NCBI GenBank assembly: GCA_944372425.1
Contig: CALVZC010000006.1
Location: 202 to 64,201 of the forward strand
Direction: 5' to 3'
From: an uncultured Bacilli bacterium
GTDB lineage: Bacteria; Bacillota_I; Bacilli_A; RF39; UBA660
Length of the DNA stretch: 64,000 nucleotides
This document shows positions 40,693 through 50,137 of the stretch, piece by piece. Position 1 is the first letter of the stretch, and the number at the start of each line of letters is the position of its first letter. The notes beneath the pieces were generated by a model that saw nothing but the letters and a program-made list of their open reading frames with translations, did no database searches and was not told the DNA's origin. A program made the translations under genes and the position numbers.

Positions 40693-40750
40693 CTTCTTTT
40701 TTATTTGCTCATTTATAACTAACGTGATAAAATTTGTTTAGGGTGTTAGA

Positions 40751-43339
40751 ATGAAAAAGAAATATTTGTGGTTAAGTGTTTTTATATTGGGTGTTTTAAG
40801 TGTTATTTATATTATTAAAGGTATATTTCCTTTTGGTAATGAATCAGTTATTTGGAGTGATATGCATGAGCAAATAACAGCAATTTATTATCATTTTTAT
40901 GATGCAATAAGGGGTAATTCTTCTGTTTTGGTCGATTTTACTTCTGGTGGAGGAGTTAATTTTGTTGGTATATTAGCTTATTATATTTTAAGCCCATTTA
41001 CTTTACTTTTACTTTTATTTCCTCGTGATTTAGTGGAAAATGCTGTTTCTATTGTGGTGGCTTTAAAAATACTTGCTTCTGGAATTACTTGTTTATACTT
41101 TTTAAGTAAAACATTTAAAAAAGTTAATTCAAGTTATCAAGTATTATTATCTATTTTATATGCTTTTTCTAGTTACACTTTAGCTCTTTATATTATTACT
41201 CCATGGATGGATTTAGTTTATCTTTTTCCACTATTAATGTTCGGTTTAAGAAAGCTTCTTGATTTAGAAGATACTAAAGTATATATTATAGTTCTTAGTA
41301 TTTGTTTAATATGTTCTTTTTACGTTTCTTTTATGATTCTTTTATTTATTATTATTACGTCTTTAATATATTTATTAATTTATAATAAAAATAATAGAAA
41401 AAAAGCTATTTTTAATTTAGGTGTTTCAACAGTTATTTCTCTATTAATTTCTTCAATAGTTTTAATTCCAAGTTTTATTCAAATTTTTGATTCTCAAAGA
41501 GCAGGATTTGATTTAAATGTAATTTTAAATTCTAAATTTGGTCCACTTTCTGATAAAATTTCATTTTTATTTGGTAGTACTATATTATTTGCTTTTGCTT
41601 TATTATTAATTTTTAATTATAAAAAACATAAGAATTTCAGTTTATTTCTATTATTAAATTTATTTATATTAATGCTTCCATTAATTATAGAACCTCTTAA
41701 TAAAATGTGGCATTTTGGAAGTTATGTATATTTTTGTTATCGTTATGGGTTTATCTTAATTTTTATGTTAGTTGTAGGAGCAGCTTATTACTTAAATAAT
41801 ATCGATGTTAAAAAAGATTATTCATTTAAAATTAAAAGAATATTACCAATTTCTTTATTTGCTTTTTCTTTATTGATAATGATTTTTATATTTATTAAGT
41901 TTCGTATTAATATTTTAGAAGCAATTGACCAGTTAACTTTAACTAGAGATAAAAAAGCTTTATTTTCTCTTTTTATTGTTTCTTTATTTGTTTTTATTGT
42001 TACCTTTAGTTTAATCTTTACTAATAAAAAGAATGAAAGATTTACTATATATTTTATTTATTCTTTATCAATAGTTCAAATTTTATTTAATTGTTATTTT
42101 TATTTTAATAGAGAAGATAGCATTATTTTAGCTAAACAATACGATTGGATGTTAGAATTGAATAATGTTGATGAATTAAAGAGTAATTATTATGTTAAAG
42201 AAATTAATAGAGATTTAATTAGTAATTATGGAATGGTTTCTGGTGTTAAAACTTTTTCTAATTTTACATCTCTTACAGATAAAACTAATTTTTTTACTAT
42301 GCAGAGATTAGGATATGATTCATATTGGATGGATACAGAATCAATTGGTGGAAATCTGTTTACTGATATAGTATTAGCACAGAAGTATATAATTTCTAAA
42401 GCTAATTTTAATGATTCTTATTATTCATATGTAAATAATATTAGTGGCCTTAATTATTACAAATTTAATTCAAATATGTCTTACGGATATTTTATTAAAG
42501 AAAATAATTCATTAATTAATTCTAAAAATAGTTATGATGCTAGTAATATTATTTATAAGTCTATTACTGGTAATGATAATTTATTTGATATATATGATCT
42601 TTTTGTTAATAAGAATAATAAAATAAATTTTTATGAAAAAGGTATTTTAATTGATAAAGATATTGAGATTAAAGGAAGAAGAAGATTATATTTAGAGATA
42701 TTTACAGATTATGATAGCTATGTAAAAAACAATAATTATAATGGTTTTGATATTTATATTAATGATAAAATTTTTACAAAAAATTATCCTAATGATGATA
42801 GAAATGGTAGTATTTTTTTAGGTGAATATTCAAATAATACTGTTAATATTAAAATAGTTTCAGTAAAAAATACTAAAGTTAGAAATATTACAATCGGTAG
42901 TTTGGATTTAGATAAATTAGATAATTTTATAAACAATAATTATATTAATAATTTAAGTGTAAATTTTAATAGGAATTCTATTGATGTTAATGTTGATGGA
43001 AAAAAAGGTGATATTTTATTTCTTCCAATAACTTATTTAGATGGTTATAAATCTAATACTCACGAAATTTTTAGAGTGTTTGATAATTTCGTAGGTATAA
43101 GGCTTAAAAATGGTAGTAATTCTATTGAGATTACCTATACTCCTAAAGGAATTATTTTAGGTAGTATTCTTTCTCTTATTGGTATTTTAATGTTTATTGT
43201 TTGGGAAAAATATCTTAATAAGTTAAATTTTAATATATTATATACGTTGTTTTATTTCATTTATTTAATTATTTATATTTTTCTTGTTTTCATTTTTTAT
43301 ATTTTAATGCCTTTATTTTTTATTAAATCATTTTTTTGA
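40751..43339 (+). CDS. YfhO-family polytopic membrane protein (GT-C-like glycosyl transferase)
   Basis: 862 aa, more than 12 TM segments in the N-terminal two thirds. PFGNESVIWSDMHEQ N-terminal motif, a large extracytoplasmic C-domain and a terminal TM. Confidence 0.65.
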   Translation: MKKKYLWLSVFILGVLSVIYIIKGIFPFGNESVIWSDMHEQITAIYYHFYDAIRGNSSVLVDFTSGGGVNFVGILAYYILSPFTLLLLLFPRDLVENAVSIVVALKILASGITCLYFLSKTFKKVNSSYQVLLSILYAFSSYTLALYIITPWMDLVYLFPLLMFGLRKLLDLEDTKVYIIVLSICLICSFYVSFMILLFIIITSLIYLLIYNKNNRKKAIFNLGVSTVISLLISSIVLIPSFIQIFDSQRAGFDLNVILNSKFGPLSDKISFLFGSTILFAFALLLIFNYKKHKNFSLFLLLNLFILMLPLIIEPLNKMWHFGSYVYFCYRYGFILIFMLVVGAAYYLNNIDVKKDYSFKIKRILPISLFAFSLLIMIFIFIKFRINILEAIDQLTLTRDKKALFSLFIVSLFVFIVTFSLIFTNKKNERFTIYFIYSLSIVQILFNCYFYFNREDSIILAKQYDWMLELNNVDELKSNYYVKEINRDLISNYGMVSGVKTFSNFTSLTDKTNFFTMQRLGYDSYWMDTESIGGNLFTDIVLAQKYIISKANFNDSYYSYVNNISGLNYYKFNSNMSYGYFIKENNSLINSKNSYDASNIIYKSITGNDNLFDIYDLFVNKNNKINFYEKGILIDKDIEIKGRRRLYLEIFTDYDSYVKNNNYNGFDIYINDKIFTKNYPNDDRNGSIFLGEYSNNTVNIKIVSVKNTKVRNITIGSLDLDKLDNFINNNYINNLSVNFNRNSIDVNVDGKKGDILFLPITYLDGYKSNTHEIFRVFDNFVGIRLKNGSNSIEITYTPKGIILGSILSLIGILMFIVWEKYLNKLNFNILYTLFYFIYLIIYIFLVFIFYILMPLFFIKSFF

Positions 43340-43344
43340 TAAAA

Positions 43345-43373
43345 AAAATAATACTTTTTGGTATTATTTTTTT
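43345..43373. terminator. Bidirectional terminator between the convergent YfhO-family and FemAB-family genes
   Basis: aaaataatac/gtattatttt stem flanked by an A-run and a T-run. Confidence 0.6.
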
Positions 43374-44638
43374 AGCTTTTTATAAATTGTAAAACTCTTT
43401 TTATATATAAAATACATAAATTTATTAATTATTAAATCGAACTCTCCGATGTATTCTTCAACTTGACCACCAAATCCTTTTTTACATTCATATAATCCAT
43501 ATAACTCATCATTTTTGTTATTAAAGTCTCCACTTATACCATAGAAATTATATTTATTATAACCATTATGTAAAGCATGCTTTATTAATTCCCAATGCAA
43601 TGTATAAAATGAAGAGAACTCTTTATATTTATCATAATTTCCACCAAATAAAGCTAATATTTCTTTATTATAAATCATAAATATTATTCCACCCAAAATT
43701 ATTCTTTTTCCATCTGTATCGATTATTTTTTGATAATGAATAATTTTTTCTTCAAATGTTGCATTTAATTTTTTTAATTCTTCTATTTTTCTTTTTGCTT
43801 TATTAGTATTTACAATTTTTGTTTTGTCTTGTAGTTTTTCTTCTTCTTCTTTTAATTCTTTTTTGTTATCTTCTATTTCTTTTTTTGTTTTTTCAAGAAG
43901 ATTTTCAATATTTAATTCTGCAATATAAATTTTCGCATTTTCTTTTAAAACTTCAAGCATATTTTTGTAATATTCAAAAGGTCTATCAATAAAATCTCTA
44001 CGTTCTGAAGTATGATTCATAATATCTTTAAAGATTGCTAATTCTTCTTCTTTTATTTCTCTTACTTCAATATTATATCTTTCATTTTTACTTATTAATT
44101 GTCTTGTTTTTCTTTCCATATTATCAAGAATTTCTTGTTCAGTTTTTCCTTCGAGATTAAGTGTAAATGCCCATCTTGGTTGCATGTTTTCTTGTGATAA
44201 GTTAAATCCCGTATGATGATAATTTAATTTTTTTAAATTCTCTACAACATTTGAGTTATCAATTCCATTAGGAATAATATTTCCTTCTATATCACGTTCT
44301 TTATGAATTAAATATGGATCTATTTTTATGAAAATTCCTTTTTTGTTCTTGGCAAATTTTTTCAATTCATCTGTAAAAAACTCTAACAATTCTCTATTTT
44401 GATAATCCATTAGATATCCACGAGGTGCATAGAAAATACTATATTTTTTAAGTACTTTTTTCTCTAATAAAAGAGTTACTGCTATAATTTCTTTTTTCTT
44501 TTTAACACCTAAAAAATGTGGAATCCAACCATTTCTTTGTTTTAATTTTCCCCATTTTACTGTTTGATAAAAGTTTGAACACGGTAATTTTAATGCTGCT
44601 ACTTCAAATTCTTCTTCATTTAACTTAGAAAATTCCAT
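43364..44638 (-). CDS. FemAB-family peptidoglycan interpeptide-bridge aminoacyltransferase
   Basis: 424 aa. The FYQTVKWGKLK motif, a central charged coiled-coil arm, and the C-terminal YNFYGISG motif. Confidence 0.8.
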   Translation of the reverse strand: MEFSKLNEEEFEVAALKLPCSNFYQTVKWGKLKQRNGWIPHFLGVKKKKEIIAVTLLLEKKVLKKYSIFYAPRGYLMDYQNRELLEFFTDELKKFAKNKKGIFIKIDPYLIHKERDIEGNIIPNGIDNSNVVENLKKLNYHHTGFNLSQENMQPRWAFTLNLEGKTEQEILDNMERKTRQLISKNERYNIEVREIKEEELAIFKDIMNHTSERRDFIDRPFEYYKNMLEVLKENAKIYIAELNIENLLEKTKKEIEDNKKELKEEEEKLQDKTKIVNTNKAKRKIEELKKLNATFEEKIIHYQKIIDTDGKRIILGGIIFMIYNKEILALFGGNYDKYKEFSSFYTLHWELIKHALHNGYNKYNFYGISGDFNNKNDELYGLYECKKGFGGQVEEYIGEFDLIINKFMYFIYKKSFTIYKKLKK

Positions 44639-44701
44639 AAATTCTCTCTCCCTTTTATAGGAAATAGTATAATATTTATATTATTAAAAGTCAAATTAAT
44701 G

Positions 44702-44723
44702 AAAAAAAGATGTTTCCATCTTT
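44702..44723 (-). terminator. Intrinsic terminator (minus strand)
   Basis: aaagatg/catcttt stem, 4-nt loop, U7 on the minus strand. Confidence 0.6.
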
Positions 44724-44967
44724 ATATCATATAGTTATTTGATAATTGGTCATTGTTTGGTACATTAGAAATAGGCATTGGTCTAGGATATGGATAGTTA
44801 TTATTTTCTAGAGTATTGACTCTTCTTTCTAATCTTCTTAATTGACGTTCTAAATTGTCTATTCTGTCGTTTACTCTTCTAAGTTCCATTGTGCATTTGC
44901 ATTGTTGGTTATTAGGATTTTGGGGTGGCATTGGTGGTATAAAACCATAAGGCATTTGATTATTCAT
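44722..44967 (-). CDS. Small P/N-rich protein with a central R/L heptad helix
   Basis: 81 aa with an AAAGGAGGAAAT RBS. PPMPPQNPNN...RRVNDRIDNLERQLRRLERRVNTLENN...YPYPRPMP. Confidence 0.6.
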   Translation of the reverse strand: MNNQMPYGFIPPMPPQNPNNQQCKCTMELRRVNDRIDNLERQLRRLERRVNTLENNNYPYPRPMPISNVPNNDQLSNNYMI

Positions 44968-45028
44968 ATTTCCTCCTTTATTCGTTTTATTATATGCAAT
45001 ATTGCAATAGTGTGTTATAATTAAGTAG

Positions 45029-45673
45029 GTGATTTTGGTGAGGTTACGAAATGTAAAAAATAAAGATCAGATTATTAATAATTCAAATTATTTAGTAAAT
45101 AATCCAAAAGAATATAAAGGAAAATGGCAAGTTTTTTTTGCTAATGACAATCCTATTTATTTAGAAATTGGGATGGGAAAAGGTGATTTTATAATTGAAA
45201 ATGCTAAGAGATATCCTAATGTCAATTTTATTGGAATTGAAAAATATGATAGTGTTATAGTTAGAGCACTTCAAAAACTAGAAAATGAAAATTTAAATAA
45301 TTTAAAACTAATCAGAATAGATGCAAAAATGTTAGGAAATTTATTTTTTCAAGAAATTGACAGGATTTATTTGAATTTTTCAGATCCATGGCCTAAAAAA
45401 AGACATAGTGAAAGAAGACTTACTAGTTATACTTTTTTAAATAAATATGATGATATCTTTAAGAAAGATAAAGTTATATGTATTAAAACAGATAATACTT
45501 CTTTATTTGAATTTTCTCTGGAATCATTAACTCAATATGGTTATTTTATCGATAAAGTATCACTAGATTTACATAATAGTGATGTAAAAGATAATATAAT
45601 GACTGAATATGAAAAAAAATTTGTTGAAAATAATATTAAAATATATTTTTTAGTTTGTAAAAAAAATGATTAA
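45029..45673 (+). CDS. trmB: tRNA (guanine-N7)-methyltransferase
   Basis: LEIGMGKGDF SAM motif and NFSDPWPKKRH motif. GTG start is uncertain. Confidence 0.9.
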   Translation: MILVRLRNVKNKDQIINNSNYLVNNPKEYKGKWQVFFANDNPIYLEIGMGKGDFIIENAKRYPNVNFIGIEKYDSVIVRALQKLENENLNNLKLIRIDAKMLGNLFFQEIDRIYLNFSDPWPKKRHSERRLTSYTFLNKYDDIFKKDKVICIKTDNTSLFEFSLESLTQYGYFIDKVSLDLHNSDVKDNIMTEYEKKFVENNIKIYFLVCKKND

Positions 45674-45746
45674 TTTAAAAAAAAAGTGTTAAAATTATAT
45701 TAATATATTAATTTATTTGATATAATTAAAATAGAGTAGGTGTAAT

Positions 45747-46409
45747 ATGAAAAAAATTATGTTTTTAGTTACCTTGCTTGTGCTTTTCACAGGTTGTTCT
45801 ATAAAAGATATAAATAAATATGATATTAATGATGTTATAGATGATGCATTAAGTAATAATATTAATGTTACTAATGTTAATTTTGATGGTTATAAATATT
45901 ATCTGCCACGTGGTATGAAGATAGTTGATAAAAAAGATTATAATTCAAAATTATTATCTAACGGAAATTATTATTATTTATACGTCGATGTTATTTCTTA
46001 TTATTATAAGAGTAGTTTAGATTATAAAGTAAATAATGATATTTATTTTTCTAAAAAAATTTCTTATGATGATAAAGAAGGATATATTGAGATAGAAAAA
46101 AAAGATGATGATAAATATTTCTTAAAGATAGTGTACAATTATTCAAAGATTGAAGTTTACGTAGACATTAATTCATTAAATAGTGCTATAAGTGATTCTA
46201 TTAAATTATTATCATCAGTTACGTACAACGATATAGTTTTAGCTACTATTATTGGTGAAAATACTTTGAATTATCAAGAAGAACAATTTAGTCTTTTTGA
46301 TTCTAAAAGAGAAGATGGAACTTTTCTTGATTATATCGAAGAATATGATGTTTATGATGAAAAAGATAATGAGCTAAAAGATGAAGATATTCTAGATTCT
46401 GAAAGTTAA
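45747..46409 (+). CDS. Lipoprotein, unknown function
   Basis: Signal peptide with lipobox LFTGC. Confidence 0.75.
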   Translation: MKKIMFLVTLLVLFTGCSIKDINKYDINDVIDDALSNNINVTNVNFDGYKYYLPRGMKIVDKKDYNSKLLSNGNYYYLYVDVISYYYKSSLDYKVNNDIYFSKKISYDDKEGYIEIEKKDDDKYFLKIVYNYSKIEVYVDINSLNSAISDSIKLLSSVTYNDIVLATIIGENTLNYQEEQFSLFDSKREDGTFLDYIEEYDVYDEKDNELKDEDILDSES

Positions 46410-46426
46410 TAAGTGAGGTGCTTTTA

Positions 46427-47374
46427 ATGGGATTATTTGATAAATTAAAAAATGTTTTTTTCGAAGAAGAATATGTTGAAGTAGAGGAACCTGTAAAGAA
46501 AGAAAAGGTTACTGTAGCTAAAAAAATTGAAAACCCTGAAATTAAAGAAATAAAAAAGATAAAAGAGGAAATAAAGCCTAAAGTTGAAAAGGAACCTGTT
46601 AGTGAAGAAAAAAAGGAATTTCCAAAGCAACCAGAGCATGATTTTAAATTTCCAATGGATTTTGATGATAAGGATTTTGAAGTAGAAGAAAAGAAAGTAA
46701 TACCACCTAAAGAAGTTGTTGTTGAAGCTGAAAGTGTTTATGTTCGTGATAAAGTTATGTATGAAGAACCAATAGTAGATTATCACAATACCAATTATCA
46801 AGGATTATATGAAGGTAGTGAAAAAAAAGATAAAAAAGTTGGGTTTTCTCCATCACCTATAATATCACCTATATATGGTATTTTAGACAAAAACTATAAA
46901 AAAGAACAAATCGTTACAAAAAAAGAAATACGTCTTTCAGTTACTCCTAAAAAAGTTGATTTAGATTATGTTAGAGAAAAAGCATATGGTGATTTAGCTA
47001 ATGATATTACTGCATCAATTCATGAAGAAGTTAAAAGCAATAATGATAAAAAAGTCAATAATGATGATTTACTTTATGATTTAAGCGAAGAAGATTCTCC
47101 AGCTGTTAAAGTAGTGACAGTAGGTGACGCTGAGGAATATTTTAATGATTTGGGGTTAGAATATAATGTAGATTATAAAGTTGAACAAGAAAAGAGGGAT
47201 GATAAGGAGAAATCTAAAGAGAATATTACTAGAAGAACACAGAAAAAGCATGATATTGATATTAAAGATGAATATGATTCAGACAATTCAGATGTAACTG
47301 TCGAAAATAAAAAAGATGACGATGATTGTAATTTATTTGATTTAATCGATTCAATGTATGAAGATAAGGAGTGA
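46427..47374 (+). CDS. K/E/D-rich hypothetical protein with an N-terminal amphipathic helix
   Basis: MGLFDKLKNVFF start after a GTGAGG RBS. Low-complexity charged body. Confidence 0.55.
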   Translation: MGLFDKLKNVFFEEEYVEVEEPVKKEKVTVAKKIENPEIKEIKKIKEEIKPKVEKEPVSEEKKEFPKQPEHDFKFPMDFDDKDFEVEEKKVIPPKEVVVEAESVYVRDKVMYEEPIVDYHNTNYQGLYEGSEKKDKKVGFSPSPIISPIYGILDKNYKKEQIVTKKEIRLSVTPKKVDLDYVREKAYGDLANDITASIHEEVKSNNDKKVNNDDLLYDLSEEDSPAVKVVTVGDAEEYFNDLGLEYNVDYKVEQEKRDDKEKSKENITRRTQKKHDIDIKDEYDSDNSDVTVENKKDDDDCNLFDLIDSMYEDKE

Positions 47375-47378
47375 TAAT

Positions 47379-47681
47379 GTGGAAGTTTTAAATGAACTAT
47401 TTCCTGTAGTATTGTATTTTTTAGGAGTTATTTTACTAATATTATTAATAATTTTAGTTGTTAAATTGATAAATACTGTTGAAAAAACTAATGTTCTTTT
47501 AGATGATTTGACTGAAAAATCAAAATCGTTAAATAGTTTGTTTGATGCGATTGAATCAGTTAGTGATACAATAACCTCGGTTAATATGAAAATTATCAGT
47601 ACATTTACAAGTATTATAAGTAAGTTGTTTAGAAAAAAGAAAAATAAAAAAATTAAAAAGGAGAATGATGAATATGAGTAA
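47379..47681 (+). CDS. DUF948-like small membrane protein
   Basis: GTG start 9 nt after AAGGAG. One N-terminal TM then a helical region. Lies adjacent to a YtxH-like gene, as in Bacillus ytxG-ytxH. Confidence 0.55.
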   Translation: MEVLNELFPVVLYFLGVILLILLIILVVKLINTVEKTNVLLDDLTEKSKSLNSLFDAIESVSDTITSVNMKIISTFTSIISKLFRKKKNKKIKKENDEYE

Positions 47682-48078
47682 AGAAAAAAAACGCGGTTTA
47701 GGTAAATTTTTTGCAGGTCTTGCAGTAGGGGCAGGACTAGGAATTTTGTTTGCACCTAAAAAAGGTAGTGAGACAAGAGAGGATTTAAAAAATTTGTTTG
47801 ACGAGATGATAAAAAAAGTAAAAAGTATTAAGCCTGAAGAAGTTAAAGAAACGATTGAAAAAAAAATTGAGGAGATTAAAACAAGTTTAGCGGAGTTAGA
47901 TAAAGAAAAAGTACTTGCTATTGCAAAAGAAAAAGGAATTCAAATAAAAGAAAAATGTGAATCTTTAGTAGCTTATGCAAAGGAAAAAGGGACTCCTGTT
48001 ATAGAAAAAACTGCTAGAGATTTAAAAGTAAAAGCAGCAGATGTTGTTCGTGATGTGTTGGAAAAATTAGAAAAATAA
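47674..48078 (+). CDS. YtxH-domain protein
   Basis: GKFFAGLAVGAGLGILFAPKKGSETREDLK is the YtxH signature. Confidence 0.8.
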   Translation: MSKEKKRGLGKFFAGLAVGAGLGILFAPKKGSETREDLKNLFDEMIKKVKSIKPEEVKETIEKKIEEIKTSLAELDKEKVLAIAKEKGIQIKEKCESLVAYAKEKGTPVIEKTARDLKVKAADVVRDVLEKLEK

Positions 48079-48331
48079 AAAAACTAATGGCAAAAATGTC
48101 AAGAAGTATTGTGAAAATTTAATTTTATCTTTACAATTCTTCTTTTTTGTTTTAAAATAAAACTGTGAATAATACAGAGTGTGTGATTTTAATTTAAGCT
48201 TTTCTATTAGAAAAAAGATTTATTATAAGTTTATTTACAATATAAAAAATGATTTCTACAATAGTAATTTTTTTTAAAAGTTAGTTTAAATTAAAGCTAC
48301 CACATTTATTTATTCAAATAGGAGGAAAAAA

Positions 48332-48922
48332 ATGGAAAAAGATCGAAAAACAAAAGTTTTGGCTGTAATAGCAATAATCATAGCAGTAGTTAGTTTAACT
48401 ATTGGTTTTGCAGCATTTAGTACCACATTGTCAATTGATGGTACAGGAGATGTTAAGTCATCTTCATGGAAGGTAAGGTTTGAAAATTTACAACCTGTTC
48501 AAAGGGTAGGTACGGCAGTAGAAACAACTGCACCAACAATTAATACTAATGATACAACTATTAGTAATTTTGATGTAAGTTTCACAACTCCAGGAGACTC
48601 AGTTAGTTATACATTTGATATAGCTAATAAAGGAACATTTGATGCTGAGATTACTAGTATAAATATTCCAACACCTACATGTCAAGGAACAGGTACAAAC
48701 GCTGAACAAGATGCTACTAATGTATGTAATAATTTAGAGTATAAGCTAACTTATACTGATGGTGGAGCACCTTTAGCACAAACTGATACTTTAAACAAAG
48801 GTGAAAAAAAGAATGTTACACTTACTTTAACGTATAAAGATACTATTGGTGAAGCAGAACTTCCACAAGATAATGTTGACATTAATACTTTAGGAATTAG
48901 CATTGTTTATTCACAAAGATAG
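48332..48922 (+). CDS. Small secreted protein with a TasA/SipW-type signal region (cassette 2 cargo)
   Basis: 196 aa. IGFAAFSTTLSIDGTGDV after the h-region, and PGDSVSYTFDIANKGTFDA. Paralog of 27190..27705, with a Cys-flanked insert. Confidence 0.75.
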   Translation: MEKDRKTKVLAVIAIIIAVVSLTIGFAAFSTTLSIDGTGDVKSSSWKVRFENLQPVQRVGTAVETTAPTINTNDTTISNFDVSFTTPGDSVSYTFDIANKGTFDAEITSINIPTPTCQGTGTNAEQDATNVCNNLEYKLTYTDGGAPLAQTDTLNKGEKKNVTLTLTYKDTIGEAELPQDNVDINTLGISIVYSQR

Positions 48923-48935
48923 ATAATTGTAATAA

Positions 48936-48966
48936 AAAAGTACAGTTATTTTATAACTGTACTTTT
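48936..48966 (+). terminator. Strong hairpin after the cargo gene (terminator/attenuator)
   Basis: aaaagtacagttat/ataactgtactttt, a perfect 14-bp stem. Confidence 0.6.
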
Positions 48967-48996
48967 AAATATATAAGGCATTTATTGGGGTAAAAT

Positions 48997-50130
48997 ATGA
49001 AACAAAGTGAAAAAAATATATTAATTATTGAATTTATTTTTATGGCAATACTTATTTTAAATGCTTTCTTATTTAGAATTGAAAATACTATTCTGATAAG
49101 TATTTTTCTGTTGATTTTTTTAATAATATCTATTGAAGTTTTGGGTTATGAAAAAGATAGACATCGCTATAAAAAAGATGGTATTTTACTTGGGATTATT
49201 TTTGCATCAGGTTTTCAAATATTTATATATTTATTAGGGCTTATAACAGGATTCTTAGAAAATGGATATAGCTTAAAACTAATTAATATTTTTAGAAATA
49301 CTTTACCAAATTTAATACTAATAATAATAACAGAATTATTTCGTTACCAACTTATAACAAAAAGTCAGAAAAGAAAATCATTAAAACTATTAACTACAAT
49401 ATTATTTATTGTGTTAGATATTGTTATTATGATTCCTTTGTATAACTTATATGATTCTAGAAATTTTATTGAGTTTTTATCTATTATTGTTATTCCAAGT
49501 ATCTCAAAAAATATATTATTTACTTATTTTATATTAAAATTTGGATATTTAACTAATATATGCTATAGAGTAATAATGGAACTAACAATTTATATAGTTC
49601 CTATTTTACCGAATATTAATATTTATTTAGATTCAGTTTTTAAGTTTACTTTTCCAATTATTATATTAATGTGTTTACAAAAAATATTAAACGAAAAAAA
49701 GGATATAGAAGTAAGAAAACCTAAAATTTTAAAAATAGTTGATGTCTTTGTTACTTTATTTTTGTTAATTGTTGTATTTTTAACTAGTGGTATTTTTAGT
49801 CATTATGCACTAGTAATAGGATCAGATTCAATGAATCCAAACATAAATAAAGGAGATATAGTTATTGTTAAAAAAATTAAATCTGAGCAAATTGAAAATA
49901 TTGAAGTTGGAGATATTTTAGTATTCAACATGAGAAACAAAGTAGTAGTACACAGAGTACAGAAAATAAATGATAATAATAACAGGATATCGTTTATAAC
50001 AAAAGGTGATAACAATATTGATGTAGATAATTGGGTTGTTAACGAAAATGATGTTATAGGTATAGTAACTGCAAAAATACCAATAGTTGGTTATCCTACT
50101 GTATGGTTAAATGAAATGATAGGAGGATGA
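48997..50130 (+). CDS. Polytopic membrane domain fused to an ER/archaeal-type (SipW-like) signal peptidase I
   Basis: 377 aa. About 8 TM segments, then GSDSMNP, VVHRVQ, TKGDNNIDVDNW. Paralog of 27772..28917. Confidence 0.8.
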   Translation: MKQSEKNILIIEFIFMAILILNAFLFRIENTILISIFLLIFLIISIEVLGYEKDRHRYKKDGILLGIIFASGFQIFIYLLGLITGFLENGYSLKLINIFRNTLPNLILIIITELFRYQLITKSQKRKSLKLLTTILFIVLDIVIMIPLYNLYDSRNFIEFLSIIVIPSISKNILFTYFILKFGYLTNICYRVIMELTIYIVPILPNINIYLDSVFKFTFPIIILMCLQKILNEKKDIEVRKPKILKIVDVFVTLFLLIVVFLTSGIFSHYALVIGSDSMNPNINKGDIVIVKKIKSEQIENIEVGDILVFNMRNKVVVHRVQKINDNNNRISFITKGDNNIDVDNWVVNENDVIGIVTAKIPIVGYPTVWLNEMIGG

Positions 50131-50137
50131 AAATAGA

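Noticed and set aside
46427-47374. Calling the 316-aa charged protein SepF
   Set aside because: Only the N-terminal amphipathic helix resembles SepF. The conserved C-terminal SepF core is not present.
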